A stretch of 64,000 bases of DNA from an uncultured Acidobacteriota bacterium (GTDB taxonomy: Bacteria; Acidobacteriota; Blastocatellia; RBC074), in NCBI GenBank assembly GCA_963796275.1, contig CAWCKY010000004.1, positions 416,001-480,000 of the forward strand, read 5' to 3'. Positions within the stretch are counted from its first letter, which is position 1. Each line of letters begins with the position of its first letter. The notes below the pieces were generated by a model. The model had not been told where the DNA came from and did no database searches. It saw only the letters and a list, made by a program, of their open reading frames with translations. Below are positions 28,436 through 39,417 of the stretch, one piece after another. Position numbers and translations under genes: made by a program.

Positions 28436-29953
28436 ATGAACATCAATCTCAAGGAAATCAGCAAGTTCGCAGGAATCATCGGAGCCGCGCTGCTCATCGG
28501 AGGCTACGTCCGATATAATATCCAGGAGCTCTGGTCCTGGCTCAACCTCTCGCTCGTCATCGCGGGAGCGGTGTTGCTTTTAGCCGCCCTCGTCATCAAT
28601 TTCAGATCGATCATCGTTTTCTTCGGCGGACGCTCCGGCAGATTGGGAGCCAACACAGCCTTATTATCCATCGCCGTGTTAACGATTCTCGTCCTTCTCA
28701 ACTTCATGGGCTATCGCCATCACAAACGCTTCGATCTGACCGAGGAAAAACTCTACACCGTATCGGAGCAATCGAAGAAGATTCTCAGCGGTCTGCAGAA
28801 GGACGTAAAGGTCATCAAATTCGATAAAGCGGACGACCAGAGGCTGAGCGACGCCATGACGGAGTTCAAATATGTAACTCCGCGCATCAGCTATGAACGT
28901 ATCGATCCGCAACAAAGGCCGGAGCTGGCCAACAAATATAAAATTCAACGTCTGGGAGAAACGCTCATCGTCTCGGGCGAACGCACCGAACGGCCGCAGA
29001 ATACCGGCGAACAGGATTTGATCAATGCGATCCTGAAAGTCACACGCGACACGCTCAAGACCATCTGTTTCGTTGAAGGCCACGGCGAAAAGAGCCACGC
29101 CGGTAACGAAGCCGATGGTTACAGCGCGGTCGATAAGGGGATGAAGGACGAGAATTATGAAACGAAGTCGGTTAATCTCGTCACCTCGAATCAAGTGCCT
29201 TCGGAATGCTCGGTCCTGATACTAGCCGGTCCGAAAAAAGCGTTGTTCCCGCAGGAAGCAGCGATGATCGGCAAGTACCTCGACGATGGCGGAAAGGCTC
29301 TGGTGATGATCGACCCTGATACCGATCCCGGCCTCGGCGATGTATTCAAGGCATGGAACATCGAGGTTGGCAACAACACGGTTATCGATGCGAGCGGCGT
29401 AGGCAGATTGTTCGGCACAGGTCCCGACACTCCGCTCGTCGGCAATTATGGGAATCACCCGATAACAAAGGACATGACCCGAACGGGCACTTTCTTTCGA
29501 TTAGCTCGCTCGGTTAAAACCGGCGCGTCTCCTGGCGGAGAGATAGTCGGCACTGACCTTCTCAACACATCCGAAGCGAGCTGGGGTGAGGTCGAACTGA
29601 AGGGCGATAAGGTTACCTTTGACCAGGGCAAAGACACGAAAGGACCGATCAGCCTGGGCGTCTCGGCAAGCAAGAAGATCGGTGACAAGGAGGCGCGTTT
29701 CGTCGTTATCGGGGATTCTGACTTCGCCTCGAACGGTTACGTCAGGCTCGCAGGCAACGCCGATCTCTTTCTCAACACAGTCAATTGGCTTGCACAAGAT
29801 GAAGATTTAATTTCGATCCGCCCGAAATCGGCAACCAATCGGAGCGTGACCATGACGCAAAGTCAACAAAGCACATTCTTCTGGCTTACCGTGGTATTTA
29901 TGCCACTGGCCGTCATCGGTTCCGGCACTTATGTTTGGTGGAAACGGAGATAA
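28436..29953 (+). CDS. GldG-family ABC auxiliary protein
   Basis: RFDLTEEKLYTVS, GHGEK, VIGDSDF, NADLFLNTVNWL, C-terminal TM ending WWKRR. Confidence 0.88.
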   Translation: MNINLKEISKFAGIIGAALLIGGYVRYNIQELWSWLNLSLVIAGAVLLLAALVINFRSIIVFFGGRSGRLGANTALLSIAVLTILVLLNFMGYRHHKRFDLTEEKLYTVSEQSKKILSGLQKDVKVIKFDKADDQRLSDAMTEFKYVTPRISYERIDPQQRPELANKYKIQRLGETLIVSGERTERPQNTGEQDLINAILKVTRDTLKTICFVEGHGEKSHAGNEADGYSAVDKGMKDENYETKSVNLVTSNQVPSECSVLILAGPKKALFPQEAAMIGKYLDDGGKALVMIDPDTDPGLGDVFKAWNIEVGNNTVIDASGVGRLFGTGPDTPLVGNYGNHPITKDMTRTGTFFRLARSVKTGASPGGEIVGTDLLNTSEASWGEVELKGDKVTFDQGKDTKGPISLGVSASKKIGDKEARFVVIGDSDFASNGYVRLAGNADLFLNTVNWLAQDEDLISIRPKSATNRSVTMTQSQQSTFFWLTVVFMPLAVIGSGTYVWWKRR

Positions 29954-30013
29954 TATCGGGAGTCCGGAGTCTGAACATCCAATGAGTCCGGACTCTTCCC
30001 TAGATATAAAATT

Positions 30014-31342
30014 ATGAAACGAAACACTCTGATCCTACTTCTGGTTGCTATTGTCGGCGGAGCGGCCGTTTATTACCTCGAGGTGAAGCCGGGCAAGCCG
30101 CGCGATGAAGTGGCCGAGACCTCCAAACCCGCCTTCAATTTCAAACGCGAAGAAATCAATGCGATAACACTGACCCGCGGCAGCGAAAAACCTGTCAACT
30201 TCGAGCTGCAGAACAATAAGTGGTTGGTAAAACAACCCATCGAAGCGCCGGCTGATGAATCGGCAATGAACGGTATCATCGGCGACCTGGTCAGCGCGCG
30301 GATCGACCGGGATTTCCCGGGCGACGACCTGAAAGCATACGGGCTGGCGGAGCCGGCGGTAAAACTCGAAATAAAACTCAAGAACGGTCAGACCCACCGG
30401 CTCGATCTGGGATCGAAAGACCCGATCGGATCATTCGCTTACGCAAAGATCGATGGCGCGCAGAACGTCGCCCTCATTTCCAGTACCGTACTGACGAATA
30501 CCGATAAATCACTCAACGATCTGCGCGACCGTTCGGTGCTCGCCGCGACTCAATACGAACTCGGCTCCGTCAAAATCACGAATGAGAGTGGAACCTACGA
30601 GCTGGAGAAGAAAGATTCAGACTGGATGATCAAAAGCCCCTTCACCGGCATTGCCGAGGAGACTGAAGTAACGAATCTGCTCAGCGATGTTACATCAGCC
30701 AAGGCGGTCGAGATCGCCAGCGAATCGATCGATGATCCAGCGAAATATGGCCTCGACAAACCGAAGCTGACTTTTACCGCCCGGCTCATGGCCGGGGGCG
30801 AACGCACCGTCAGCCTCGGCTCAAAGGTCGACGACAAGTCATATTACGCGACGACGTCGGACCGCCCGCAGCTTTTCCAAGTAGATACAGCCTTCCACCG
30901 CGCGTTGAGTACCAAGGTCACGACCTTGCGCAGCAAGAGCATCGTCAAGATCGACCGAAACGATCTGACTCGCGTCCAGGTCAAAAACCCGAATGTGACG
31001 ATCGTCGCTGAAAAGAACAGCGAAGGAAAATGGCTGGTGAAAGAGCCCGTCGACCAAAAGGACAAAGAAGCTTACTCTTTTAAGCTGATCGACCCGATCG
31101 AGGCGAAGGCGACTGAGGTGATCGACAGGGCGACCGGCGCCATCGCAGCCAAGCTCGCTAAGCCTGAAGTAGAAGTCCGTCTGACAGGTAAGAACGGCAT
31201 CACGATCGTGATCAAAATATCATCGGCCGACGGCGAGAATGTATATGTCCGGGTAGATGGACGACCGGAAGTTTACAAGGTCGGTAAAACCATGCTCGAG
31301 AGTTTGAGCTTCAAGATTGAAGAGGCAATTTCACGAACATGA
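30014..31342 (+). CDS. DUF4340 domain protein
   Basis: N-terminal anchor; repeated YGL..P and LRDR modules; position after gldG-like gene. Confidence 0.8.
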   Translation: MKRNTLILLLVAIVGGAAVYYLEVKPGKPRDEVAETSKPAFNFKREEINAITLTRGSEKPVNFELQNNKWLVKQPIEAPADESAMNGIIGDLVSARIDRDFPGDDLKAYGLAEPAVKLEIKLKNGQTHRLDLGSKDPIGSFAYAKIDGAQNVALISSTVLTNTDKSLNDLRDRSVLAATQYELGSVKITNESGTYELEKKDSDWMIKSPFTGIAEETEVTNLLSDVTSAKAVEIASESIDDPAKYGLDKPKLTFTARLMAGGERTVSLGSKVDDKSYYATTSDRPQLFQVDTAFHRALSTKVTTLRSKSIVKIDRNDLTRVQVKNPNVTIVAEKNSEGKWLVKEPVDQKDKEAYSFKLIDPIEAKATEVIDRATGAIAAKLAKPEVEVRLTGKNGITIVIKISSADGENVYVRVDGRPEVYKVGKTMLESLSFKIEEAISRT

Positions 31343-31905
31343 GTAGCCAAGGAGAGAAAGAGCACCAGAGGTATGAGGTTGCAACCATGGCAGGTGGGTG
31401 CTTCTGGTGTCTGGAGGCGGTCTTCGATCAATTGATTGGGGTTATAGGGGTCGAGTCGGGCTATACGGGAGGGCACGTGCTCAATCCCAATTATCGCATG
31501 GTATGCACCGGGGAGACGGGTCACGCCGAAGTGGTTCAGATCACCTTCGATCCGAGCGTGATATCATTCAAAGAGCTGCTACAGGTCTTCTTCACAATCC
31601 ATGATCCCACTACCCTAAATCGCCAGGGCGCAGATGTCGGCACACAATACCGTTCGGCTATCTTCTATCATACTCCCGAACAGAAAGAAGTCGCGGAAGA
31701 GGTGGTCGCCGAAATAGCTGCCGCAAAGGTATGGGATGATCCGATAGTTACCGAGATAACCCGGCTACCCGATTTTTATCCGGCTGAGGAGTACCACCGG
31801 GATTACTTTGTGCGTAATCCCAATCAGCCTTACTGCCAGGTAGTGATAGCGCCTAAAGTATCAAAACTCCGTAAGCATTTCCTCGACAAACTCAAAACCC
31901 GGTAA
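31339..31905 (+). CDS. msrA: Peptide methionine sulfoxide reductase A
   Basis: GGCFWC, TGHAEVV, RQGADVGTQYRS, AEEYH. Confidence 0.96.
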   Translation: MSSQGEKEHQRYEVATMAGGCFWCLEAVFDQLIGVIGVESGYTGGHVLNPNYRMVCTGETGHAEVVQITFDPSVISFKELLQVFFTIHDPTTLNRQGADVGTQYRSAIFYHTPEQKEVAEEVVAEIAAAKVWDDPIVTEITRLPDFYPAEEYHRDYFVRNPNQPYCQVVIAPKVSKLRKHFLDKLKTR

Positions 31906-31997
31906 AGAGAGATGACGAAACAAGCGGATGCCTTCTTATCATCCCGTTTGTTTCGTCATTTCGATTGTTTCGCTTTCCACTCTCCTTCACAGTCGAT

Positions 31998-34001
31998 TCA
32001 TGATCCGAGCTCGCTCAACCGGCCAAGATATTGCCCGAGCGCCGTCAACGGGAACTGATTCCGGTATTGATGATAGTTGATATAGAAATGGCCGGGAAAA
32101 CCCGTACCCGTGAATTCAGGCTCCGGCCAACTGCCATCGGCGTTCTGCTTGTCTAGCAGATACACGATCCCGCTTTTGACCGCGGCGGATTGGTAATCGC
32201 CTGCCGCCATCAATCCGATCAATGCCCACGCGGTTTGCGATGGAGTGCTCGGCCCTTTCCCCCGAAGCTCCGGATGCTTGTACGATTCGCAGGTTTCTCC
32301 CCAGCCGCCGTCTACATTCTGCACGCCGCGCAACCACCCGGCAGCCCGTTTTACCGCATCGCATTCCATCTCGAACCCGGTAAATGGCGATATTGAACGA
32401 AGCCCGGCGAGAGCTAAATATGTCCCATAAATGTAATTGACGCCCCAGCGCCCCCACCACGAGCCGTCCGTCTCCTGCAACTGCATCAGGAAATCGATTG
32501 CGCGCATGATGTCTTGATCCTCGTAGTGCTTTTCTCCGTACCTGATCCGCCACTGGCCCAGCATCTCGAGCACTCGCCCGGTTATGTCCGCCGTCGGCGG
32601 ATCGATCATAGCTTTCAGATCGCCGTAGGGCATCCTGTTCCAGAGGTCTTGCGTGTTGTCGATGTCGAAGGCCGCCCAGCCTCCCCGCCGGCATTGCATC
32701 GACATCACCCACTCTGTGGCAGCCCGGCACGCTGCGAGTTTGTATGCGTCACCGTCCAGCTTCATGGCTAGCAACGCCATAATAACCGCCGCCGTATCGT
32801 CAACGTCAGGGTAATAATCGTTATAGAACTCGAATGCCCATCCGGCGGGCTTGCCTTTGCGATTGAAAACCGCCCAATCGCCATAGCGGAAGGTTTGTTG
32901 AGTCAGCAACCAGTCGCCGCCCGCTTTGACCCTCGGATCATGCTTAGAGGCTCCCGAATCGAGCAATGCGGTCAAGCCTAAAGCTGTGTCCCAGGTCGGC
33001 GAGATGCATGGTTGCAGATGCAGATATTGTGGGAATTCCGAACCGTCAAGGGCGCCCTCTTCGATACAAAACCGATCGAGAGCATCCAATCCGCGTTTGA
33101 CATATGGGTGCAAGGCCGAATAGCCGAGCGTGAGGAACATCAAGATCGAATTGAGCATCGCCGGCACGATGCCCGCCCAATCGCCGGGCCCGTCCTGCCG
33201 CTCGATCACCCATCTTTCAGCGGCTGCTATCCCCCGCCGTCTGAATGGAACGAGGCCGATCCGATCGAAACGCTTGAGCAATCTATCGGTAGCCAGGAAG
33301 AGCGCGCCGATCGCCGTGCCGTCGTTATTTTTCAATTCAAGATCTTGCTGATTGCGGCTGCTAAATAGTTCGTCCGCGTAGATGCCGTGATCGTAGACCG
33401 GTTTCCTGTCGATCACGACTAGCAACGGCACGGTTGAAGAGCGCGCCCAACTTGCCATCGTGTAGATATTGAACGGGAACCATTTCGGCAAAAACATGAA
33501 CCATGGGGGGAGCGTCGGAATGCCTTCCCACGGATAGGCGCCGAAAAGCGCAAGATGAAGTTTGGTGAAGACGCGCGCCCGCCCTAGTCCCCCGCGATCG
33601 AGGATGAATTTGCGGGCTCGCTGCATCGGCGGGTCGTCAACCGAATGGCCGGCGAGTTTAAGAGCGTAGTAAGCCTCGATCGTAGTGCTGATCTCACCTC
33701 CATCGCCAAAAAAAAGCTCCCAGCCGCCGTGCTCGCATTGCCGGCGCAGAATATAACGAGCCATCTGCTGAATCTGCTGCTCGCGGTCCTTCCCGTTATT
33801 GAATCGGTTCCGCGGGTCGAGGTGCATCAGGATGCGCTGCAGCATGACATACTCAGCCGTCAGAGTTACATTGGCTTCAAGCTCAGCCCACCAATAACCT
33901 TCGAGATTCTGCTGGGCGAGCAGATATGTCTGCGCTCTGTTAATCGCATCGGTAAGTCTTATATCGATCTCTTGCTTGGTGACTGGCTGTGCTGTTCTCA
34001 T
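31998..34001 (-). CDS. shc: Squalene-hopene cyclase (HpnF)
   Basis: YPDVDDTA catalytic motif, QW repeats (QNVDGGW, QNADGSW), SPTWDT, FTGTGFP. Confidence 0.96.
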   Translation of the reverse strand: MRTAQPVTKQEIDIRLTDAINRAQTYLLAQQNLEGYWWAELEANVTLTAEYVMLQRILMHLDPRNRFNNGKDREQQIQQMARYILRRQCEHGGWELFFGDGGEISTTIEAYYALKLAGHSVDDPPMQRARKFILDRGGLGRARVFTKLHLALFGAYPWEGIPTLPPWFMFLPKWFPFNIYTMASWARSSTVPLLVVIDRKPVYDHGIYADELFSSRNQQDLELKNNDGTAIGALFLATDRLLKRFDRIGLVPFRRRGIAAAERWVIERQDGPGDWAGIVPAMLNSILMFLTLGYSALHPYVKRGLDALDRFCIEEGALDGSEFPQYLHLQPCISPTWDTALGLTALLDSGASKHDPRVKAGGDWLLTQQTFRYGDWAVFNRKGKPAGWAFEFYNDYYPDVDDTAAVIMALLAMKLDGDAYKLAACRAATEWVMSMQCRRGGWAAFDIDNTQDLWNRMPYGDLKAMIDPPTADITGRVLEMLGQWRIRYGEKHYEDQDIMRAIDFLMQLQETDGSWWGRWGVNYIYGTYLALAGLRSISPFTGFEMECDAVKRAAGWLRGVQNVDGGWGETCESYKHPELRGKGPSTPSQTAWALIGLMAAGDYQSAAVKSGIVYLLDKQNADGSWPEPEFTGTGFPGHFYINYHQYRNQFPLTALGQYLGRLSELGS

Positions 34002-34088
34002 TTATGGTGATTCTGGAAACAAAAAGCAACAAAAGTATCAAAACATTCTCCGTTTTTTATCTTGTATCTTTTTATTTCTCATAAATCA

Positions 34089-35195
34089 CTATTCTCTCCT
34101 GAAGTTTTTTAGGTAATAACCGACGATCAGCGGTACATCTTGATCGTAGCTTACGATACCGCCTGCAACACCATTGAATCTTAAATAGGCCTGAACGACC
34201 TTGGCAGACAACACCCTGACATCCGGGTTTCTGCCGTCCTCCCAAAATTGGCGGCTGGCATCCAAATCCGCGGATGGACCCGGTGCGACCAAATCTCTAT
34301 AGCGGCCTGCATCCGCGTTTTCGATCTCCCCGAGAACTCTCACGCCATGCATATATCCCGAATAGCGCACATATGGATCATCGGCATTTATACAAATGAC
34401 AAAGGCAATAAAATTCGCCTCGTCTTCTCGCGCATAACCGCGCTGATGAGCCTTCTGGTTCGCGATGGTGAACGGTAATTCGGCTGGAGGTATCAATTCG
34501 TTGATGGCCGGCTCGGCCGTGAAGGGAAGATAGATACCGCTGAAGCCGAGAATACTCATCAGTCGCGAAAGATAGAATGGTTTGGGTGGACCTAAGCCTC
34601 CCTGGCTGGCCTCCTGAAGCGGATATGTCTTCTGAAATGAATCCTCGATGACCTGATTGAGCCGCTGGCGCGTCAGCGGAAGCGTACTCGCCCGCGACCA
34701 ATCCTGACCTTCGCTCGCCGCCTTGTAGTTTTGATTGATGCCTTCCACTATCCGCGCGCCGATAGCCTGCAATTCACCAGAGTTTGTGGGTCGGACTTCC
34801 AAATCCCAGGTCTCCGCGATCGGCAACCGTTGAAAATTCATGCCCCATAAGAAGAGGAAGACCAGGTAAACGATACCAAACACCCACGTCAGTCGAAGGA
34901 ATAGCAGCTTTATTACGTCGAGGGGGCGGCTATCACCGCGAACTGCGCGCCGAATATTCCAGATCACCCAGCCCAAAAACCATAGGATCAAGGCGATCAG
35001 AAGAACCTCTCCCAGCGTGAAGTTGACAAACCTGTTAAAAAACGAAAGCCCCCTCGCAATGTAATAGTAGATCAATTGGCTGTAGACCACTTCGATGATC
35101 GCCGGCATCAGACCAGCCACTGTCTGTAGGATCAGAGCGATCAAAAGCAGTTGCGCGGCTTTCAATAATAACTTCCCAAACCCGTTTTTTTTCAC
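34089..35195 (-). CDS. DUF3810 family membrane protein; true start may be ATG 35266 via a homopolymer indel
   Basis: YSQLIY, F.LGE, LWGMNFQR, SGIYLPFTAE, AHQRGYAREDEANFIA, RYSG motifs. Confidence 0.78.
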   Translation of the reverse strand: MKKNGFGKLLLKAAQLLLIALILQTVAGLMPAIIEVVYSQLIYYYIARGLSFFNRFVNFTLGEVLLIALILWFLGWVIWNIRRAVRGDSRPLDVIKLLFLRLTWVFGIVYLVFLFLWGMNFQRLPIAETWDLEVRPTNSGELQAIGARIVEGINQNYKAASEGQDWSRASTLPLTRQRLNQVIEDSFQKTYPLQEASQGGLGPPKPFYLSRLMSILGFSGIYLPFTAEPAINELIPPAELPFTIANQKAHQRGYAREDEANFIAFVICINADDPYVRYSGYMHGVRVLGEIENADAGRYRDLVAPGPSADLDASRQFWEDGRNPDVRVLSAKVVQAYLRFNGVAGGIVSYDQDVPLIVGYYLKNFRRE

Positions 35196-35474
35196 CGGCG
35201 CCGCTTTTTCAGCCCCCGCACTAACCTCCGGGGTTGCGGGGGAGGTGATTCTGTTTCTTGGGCCATAACAAAGTAGTGTCTGAGATCAATAAGTTGAAAT
35301 TGAGATCTCAAATCGTTTGTATTTAATTGGTATTGATATGGAGGATTTGCAAATTAAAGACCGAGATAAACGACAGACTCGGAGCAGCGCAGGAGATGCG
35401 CAATATCTATAGTTGTTCTAACACCGCTCCGGTTCAATCGGGAGCGACGGATAATTATAATTTGCACGCTTAAT

Positions 35475-35861
35475 TTATAGCACGATTGCGTCCACCTCGA
35501 TCTCAATGAGCATCCGATCATCGATTAATTTCCGTATCTCAACCATCGTCGTGCAGGGTTTGATCTCCTCGAAGAATTCTCCGTGCGCGCGACCGTACTC
35601 CTGCCAGAGGGAGATATCAGTCACAAACATACGCGTTCGCACGACATCTTTGAGAGAAGCTCCGAGAGCGTGGAGGGCTCTCTCGATATTGCGAATTATT
35701 TGAACAGTTTGCGCATAACCGTCGCCAACTCCGACAATCCCGCCATTCTCATCGGTTGCAGTCGTACCGGTGACAAAGATTTGATGGCCGACTCGAATCG
35801 CCCGCGAATAGCCGACTATCGACTCCCACTTTGTTCCTGACGAATAATATTCTCTTTCCAT
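35475..35861 (-). CDS. RidA/YjgF family protein
   Basis: SGTKWESIVGYSRAIRVG, DVVRTR, LIEIEVDA. Confidence 0.9.
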   Translation of the reverse strand: MEREYYSSGTKWESIVGYSRAIRVGHQIFVTGTTATDENGGIVGVGDGYAQTVQIIRNIERALHALGASLKDVVRTRMFVTDISLWQEYGRAHGEFFEEIKPCTTMVEIRKLIDDRMLIEIEVDAIVL

Positions 35862-36087
35862 TTATTCCTTTTTCGCTCCATTTTAGATATCGATGAGCAT
35901 TGTTCGCAGGAGAAGGACTGGAGTTCCTGCGGACAACAGTTACCAGGGCCAATGACCAGGTTCGACAATAGCCAATTCAAGCATGAGTTTCAATTTAATT
36001 GAATGCTGTGCAAATTCGGTTGGCCCCGGAGAGCCGGATGTTAATAGTATACGATTGAATATTTTGGATATTTGGAACAGGCCTCAT

Positions 36088-37551
36088 TTAATTGCTCATC
36101 AGGATCGCGCGCGCGCACTCCCGCCCGCTCCAGACCGCGCTTTCGATGGTCGCCGGCAATCCGGTATCGGTCCAATCTCCCGCGAGGAAAAGATTGCTGA
36201 AATCTGTGCGTTGTGACGGTCTCAAACGAGCCATTCCGATTGAATGTGAAATGGTCGCATCCTGCTCTCTCACAACGAAAGCGTGCACCGGCCTCTGCCG
36301 CCGTGCGGCGGGGAAAAATCGCGCTATCTCGCCGGAGGCTATTTCGATCAGCTCATCCTTCGGTTTCATGGCCGTCTCGTGCGCGCCGCTGATGACTAGC
36401 GCGAGATGCTGTCGCTTCCCAACGCGCGCACCTGCAATTGCGTTCTTATTGAAGACCCATTCAATCGGTGAATCTAGCAGGCCGGCAAATTCCAGATCGG
36501 TGACGGTTTTTTCGAACCAGAGATTGATCGAAACGATAGGCGCTGTGCTGAACCGATCGAGATGATGAAAACAGTGTTCTCCCGACGCGATTTCTGTTTC
36601 CAGCATCCTCCCGAGAGCAGCAGGCGGCACCGCGCTGACGATCGTTTCAGCCTCGATCCGTTGTCCATTGCGCAGTAGAACGCCTGAGGCCTGCTTCGAT
36701 CCGTTCGCCCCAATTACCCCACTTTCACCGTTTGCCCCGTTTGCCCCGTTTGCCCCGTTTGCCCCGTCGACGCTAAATTCAATCTGTGCGACATCGGCAT
36801 TCAGCATAACTTCTCCGCGGTGCTCCTCGATGAATCTCCTGGCGTCTTCAGTATAGAGGTCGCTCAATCCGACTTTAGAGATGATCAGGGCGGAATCACG
36901 TTTAGCGTGAAGAAAAGCCTGATCCAGGACGCAGGCGAACATATCCGCCGAGGCGACTTCGGGCGACTCATTTAAGGTCGCAAGGGCCACGACGTCCCAG
37001 AATCTGCGCTGAATTCTTTCCGGCTGGCCCAAACGATCGAGCCACTGACGCACGGTGATGTCTGCCAGCCCAGCGCGGTTGCCGTTCAGCCTACGCAATT
37101 CCCGACCCACACGCAGAGCCTTGATCCGATCAAGCCAGCCGATCGTTTTCAGGCTTGCCAATCCACCCAATAGATGCAACGGGGCAGGCAGGGGAGGACA
37201 TTTGAAGATAGCGTGGCGGACGGCTCCATCGCTCGATTCATAAATGAAATCCACTCTCGGATTCGCCTGGGTTTTGAGTTTATCGTGAGCGCCTATTTTT
37301 TTGAGGAAGGCCAGCGTGTTGTGATAGCAGCCCATCATCAAATGCTGGCCGTTATCGATCGTGTCACCGGTGGTTTTATCCTTGAATGAGTACGCGCGGC
37401 CGCCGAGAAACGAACGACGTTCGAGCAGCAGGACTCGCCTCCCGGCCTCGGCCAGATCAACGGCAGCGGCGAGACCCGCAAAGCCACCACCTATGATAAT
37501 AATGGGCAGGGACCGGGCGGCGTGGCGAGCGGCCGCATATTCATTGCTCAT
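36088..37551 (-). CDS. hpnE: Hydroxysqualene dehydroxylase
   Basis: GGGFAG FAD motif, GGRAYSF, DNGQH, LAGDWTDTGLPATIESAV; follows hpnCD. Confidence 0.92.
   Translation of the reverse strand: MSNEYAAARHAARSLPIIIIGGGFAGLAAAVDLAEAGRRVLLLERRSFLGGRAYSFKDKTTGDTIDNGQHLMMGCYHNTLAFLKKIGAHDKLKTQANPRVDFIYESSDGAVRHAIFKCPPLPAPLHLLGGLASLKTIGWLDRIKALRVGRELRRLNGNRAGLADITVRQWLDRLGQPERIQRRFWDVVALATLNESPEVASADMFACVLDQAFLHAKRDSALIISKVGLSDLYTEDARRFIEEHRGEVMLNADVAQIEFSVDGANGANGANGANGESGVIGANGSKQASGVLLRNGQRIEAETIVSAVPPAALGRMLETEIASGEHCFHHLDRFSTAPIVSINLWFEKTVTDLEFAGLLDSPIEWVFNKNAIAGARVGKRQHLALVISGAHETAMKPKDELIEIASGEIARFFPAARRQRPVHAFVVREQDATISHSIGMARLRPSQRTDFSNLFLAGDWTDTGLPATIESAVWSGRECARAILMSN
36701..36768 (-). repeat. 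In-frame 9-bp tandem repeat in hpnE (GAN)n
   Basis: ccgtttgcc x4 (36728-36763) plus degenerate units. Confidence 0.9.
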
Positions 37552-38509
37552 CTCTCTCCGTCTCCTCGTATCCTCGCCGATTGATCGTCCCTTCGCCACT
37601 TCGCCCCGTCGCTTTTACCCATTCGCTCAGTGCGATCAAGAACCGCTCGGGGCGGTGTAATCGGATCCGGTGATTGAAGACGTCATAATTGACTTGCTCT
37701 ATCTTCTCGAGCAATCGGTAATAGATCTTCCCCATCGTTATCGCGGCCGTCAGCGTCGGGCGGTCCTCCCGGGGCAGGCATTCGTCAGCTCGCCGGTAGT
37801 AATCGCGCGCCCGCTCGCATTCGAACTTCATCAATTCGATGAAATTGCCATTTACGATCTGCCTCTTCAGGTCGTTCTCACTGTATCCGAACCGGCGCAT
37901 GTCTTCCCGCGGCAGATAGATCCGCCCGCGAGCCGCATCCTCTTTCAGGTCTCGCAATATATTAGTGAGCTGAAGCGCAATACCCAGATTAATCGCGTAG
38001 TCTCTGGTCCTCGGCGACCGGTACGTGAAAATCTCGATGCACATCAGCCCCGCGATCACTGCTACGCGATAACAATACTCATAAAGTTCTTCGAATGTCT
38101 CATAATGATGCCGGTAGAGGTCCATCTCACATCCATTGATCATCTCTTCGAAATACTCTCTCGGCATGGGAAACCGTTCGAGCACGCGCTCGAGCCTGTG
38201 CGCGATAGGAATCGAGGGTCTTCCCTCATAGATGTTGTTGAGTTCCTCGCGCAATTTCTCCAGTTTCGACTGCGCGATCATACTTGCTCGCCCGGTCGCC
38301 GCTTCATCGTCCACATCATCGACGATGTCGTCGACCGAGCGGCAAAACCGGTAGACATCTATAATCGCTTCTCTCTTTCGTTTCGGTAAAAAGATGAATG
38401 AGTAAAAGAAGTTAGACTGAATGGTCTTCTCCAGATCGCGTTTCAAGCCGCGCGTACGATCACGCAGGTGCCAGGGGGTGAAATGAATATTACCTGTTGC
38501 CGCTTTCAT
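37541..38509 (-). CDS. hpnD: Presqualene diphosphate synthase
   Basis: SNFFYSF, FCRSVDDIVD, YCYRVA, LQLTNILRDLKED, GRIYLP. Confidence 0.9.
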   Translation of the reverse strand: MKAATGNIHFTPWHLRDRTRGLKRDLEKTIQSNFFYSFIFLPKRKREAIIDVYRFCRSVDDIVDDVDDEAATGRASMIAQSKLEKLREELNNIYEGRPSIPIAHRLERVLERFPMPREYFEEMINGCEMDLYRHHYETFEELYEYCYRVAVIAGLMCIEIFTYRSPRTRDYAINLGIALQLTNILRDLKEDAARGRIYLPREDMRRFGYSENDLKRQIVNGNFIELMKFECERARDYYRRADECLPREDRPTLTAAITMGKIYYRLLEKIEQVNYDVFNHRIRLHRPERFLIALSEWVKATGRSGEGTINRRGYEETERDEQ

Positions 38510-39417
38510 AATTTCTTACGGCCAATCAATGATCTCAGGAGCAGAACGATTTTATCCCAACCCGTAATCACCGGGCGCGTCTCCAGCGTATCATAATCTT
38601 GCTCTTCTATGCGCCGCAGGATCCGCATTCCTCCAAGCCACGTCAGTCGCAGTTCAAAAGCAAGCCGGCCATTTACCATTCCGGGCAAACACCTGCCGGC
38701 TTCGAAAAATTGTTTCGTACGCTCGACTTGTAACCTGAACAATGCGGCGCTGCGTTCGCTCGACCTTCCATCGCGCAAATCATCGACGCTCACGCCAAAT
38801 TCGGCCATTTCGTTGAGCGGCAAATAAATTCGATCTTTCCGGATGTCGACTGCGACATCCTGCCAGAAATTGACCAGCTGCAGCCCGGTGCAGATCGAAT
38901 CAGACAATTTATGCAACCGTTCCTCGCGATAACCGAAGAGGAGCAAAATCAACCTCCCGATCGGATTGGCCGAACGCCCGCAATAATCGAGCAACTCATC
39001 GAAATTGGCATATCGCCGCTTGGTAACATCCTGTTTGAAAGCGGAGAGGAGGTCGCGGAAGAGACGGACCGGTAGCTGCAGCTCTTTCGCCGTTTCAGCC
39101 AGCGCAATAAATACCGGATGGCTCGCCTCGCCGCGATACGAGGCCTCGAGCTTTCTCTCCCAATCCTCGAGCGCAGCCAGACGCCCCGCCTCATCCAATC
39201 CATCTTCTTCATATCCTTCGTCGGCGAAATCGTCGGCCGTGCGCGCGAAAGCATATATGCTGTAGACGTACCGGCGCTTGTCTACCGGAATGAGCAGTGA
39301 ACCGACTGGGAAATTTTCATAATGGCTGCGCGCCATCCGCTCGCAATAGGCGAACGCATCGTCAATACTGCGCGGATCGATCGTCTGCAGAGCGGAACCC
39401 CAGGTATTCACTTGCAT
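38506..39417 (-). CDS. hpnC: Hydroxysqualene synthase
   Basis: HYENFPVGS, ARTADDFADE, SANPIGR, LQLVNFWQD, ELRLTWLGG. Confidence 0.92.
   Translation of the reverse strand: MQVNTWGSALQTIDPRSIDDAFAYCERMARSHYENFPVGSLLIPVDKRRYVYSIYAFARTADDFADEGYEEDGLDEAGRLAALEDWERKLEASYRGEASHPVFIALAETAKELQLPVRLFRDLLSAFKQDVTKRRYANFDELLDYCGRSANPIGRLILLLFGYREERLHKLSDSICTGLQLVNFWQDVAVDIRKDRIYLPLNEMAEFGVSVDDLRDGRSSERSAALFRLQVERTKQFFEAGRCLPGMVNGRLAFELRLTWLGGMRILRRIEEQDYDTLETRPVITGWDKIVLLLRSLIGRKKL

Noticed and set aside
26569-31342. Evidence of gliding motility from the gldA/F/G-like genes
   Set aside because: This ABC module is widespread outside gliding bacteria and no other Gld/T9SS genes are present.
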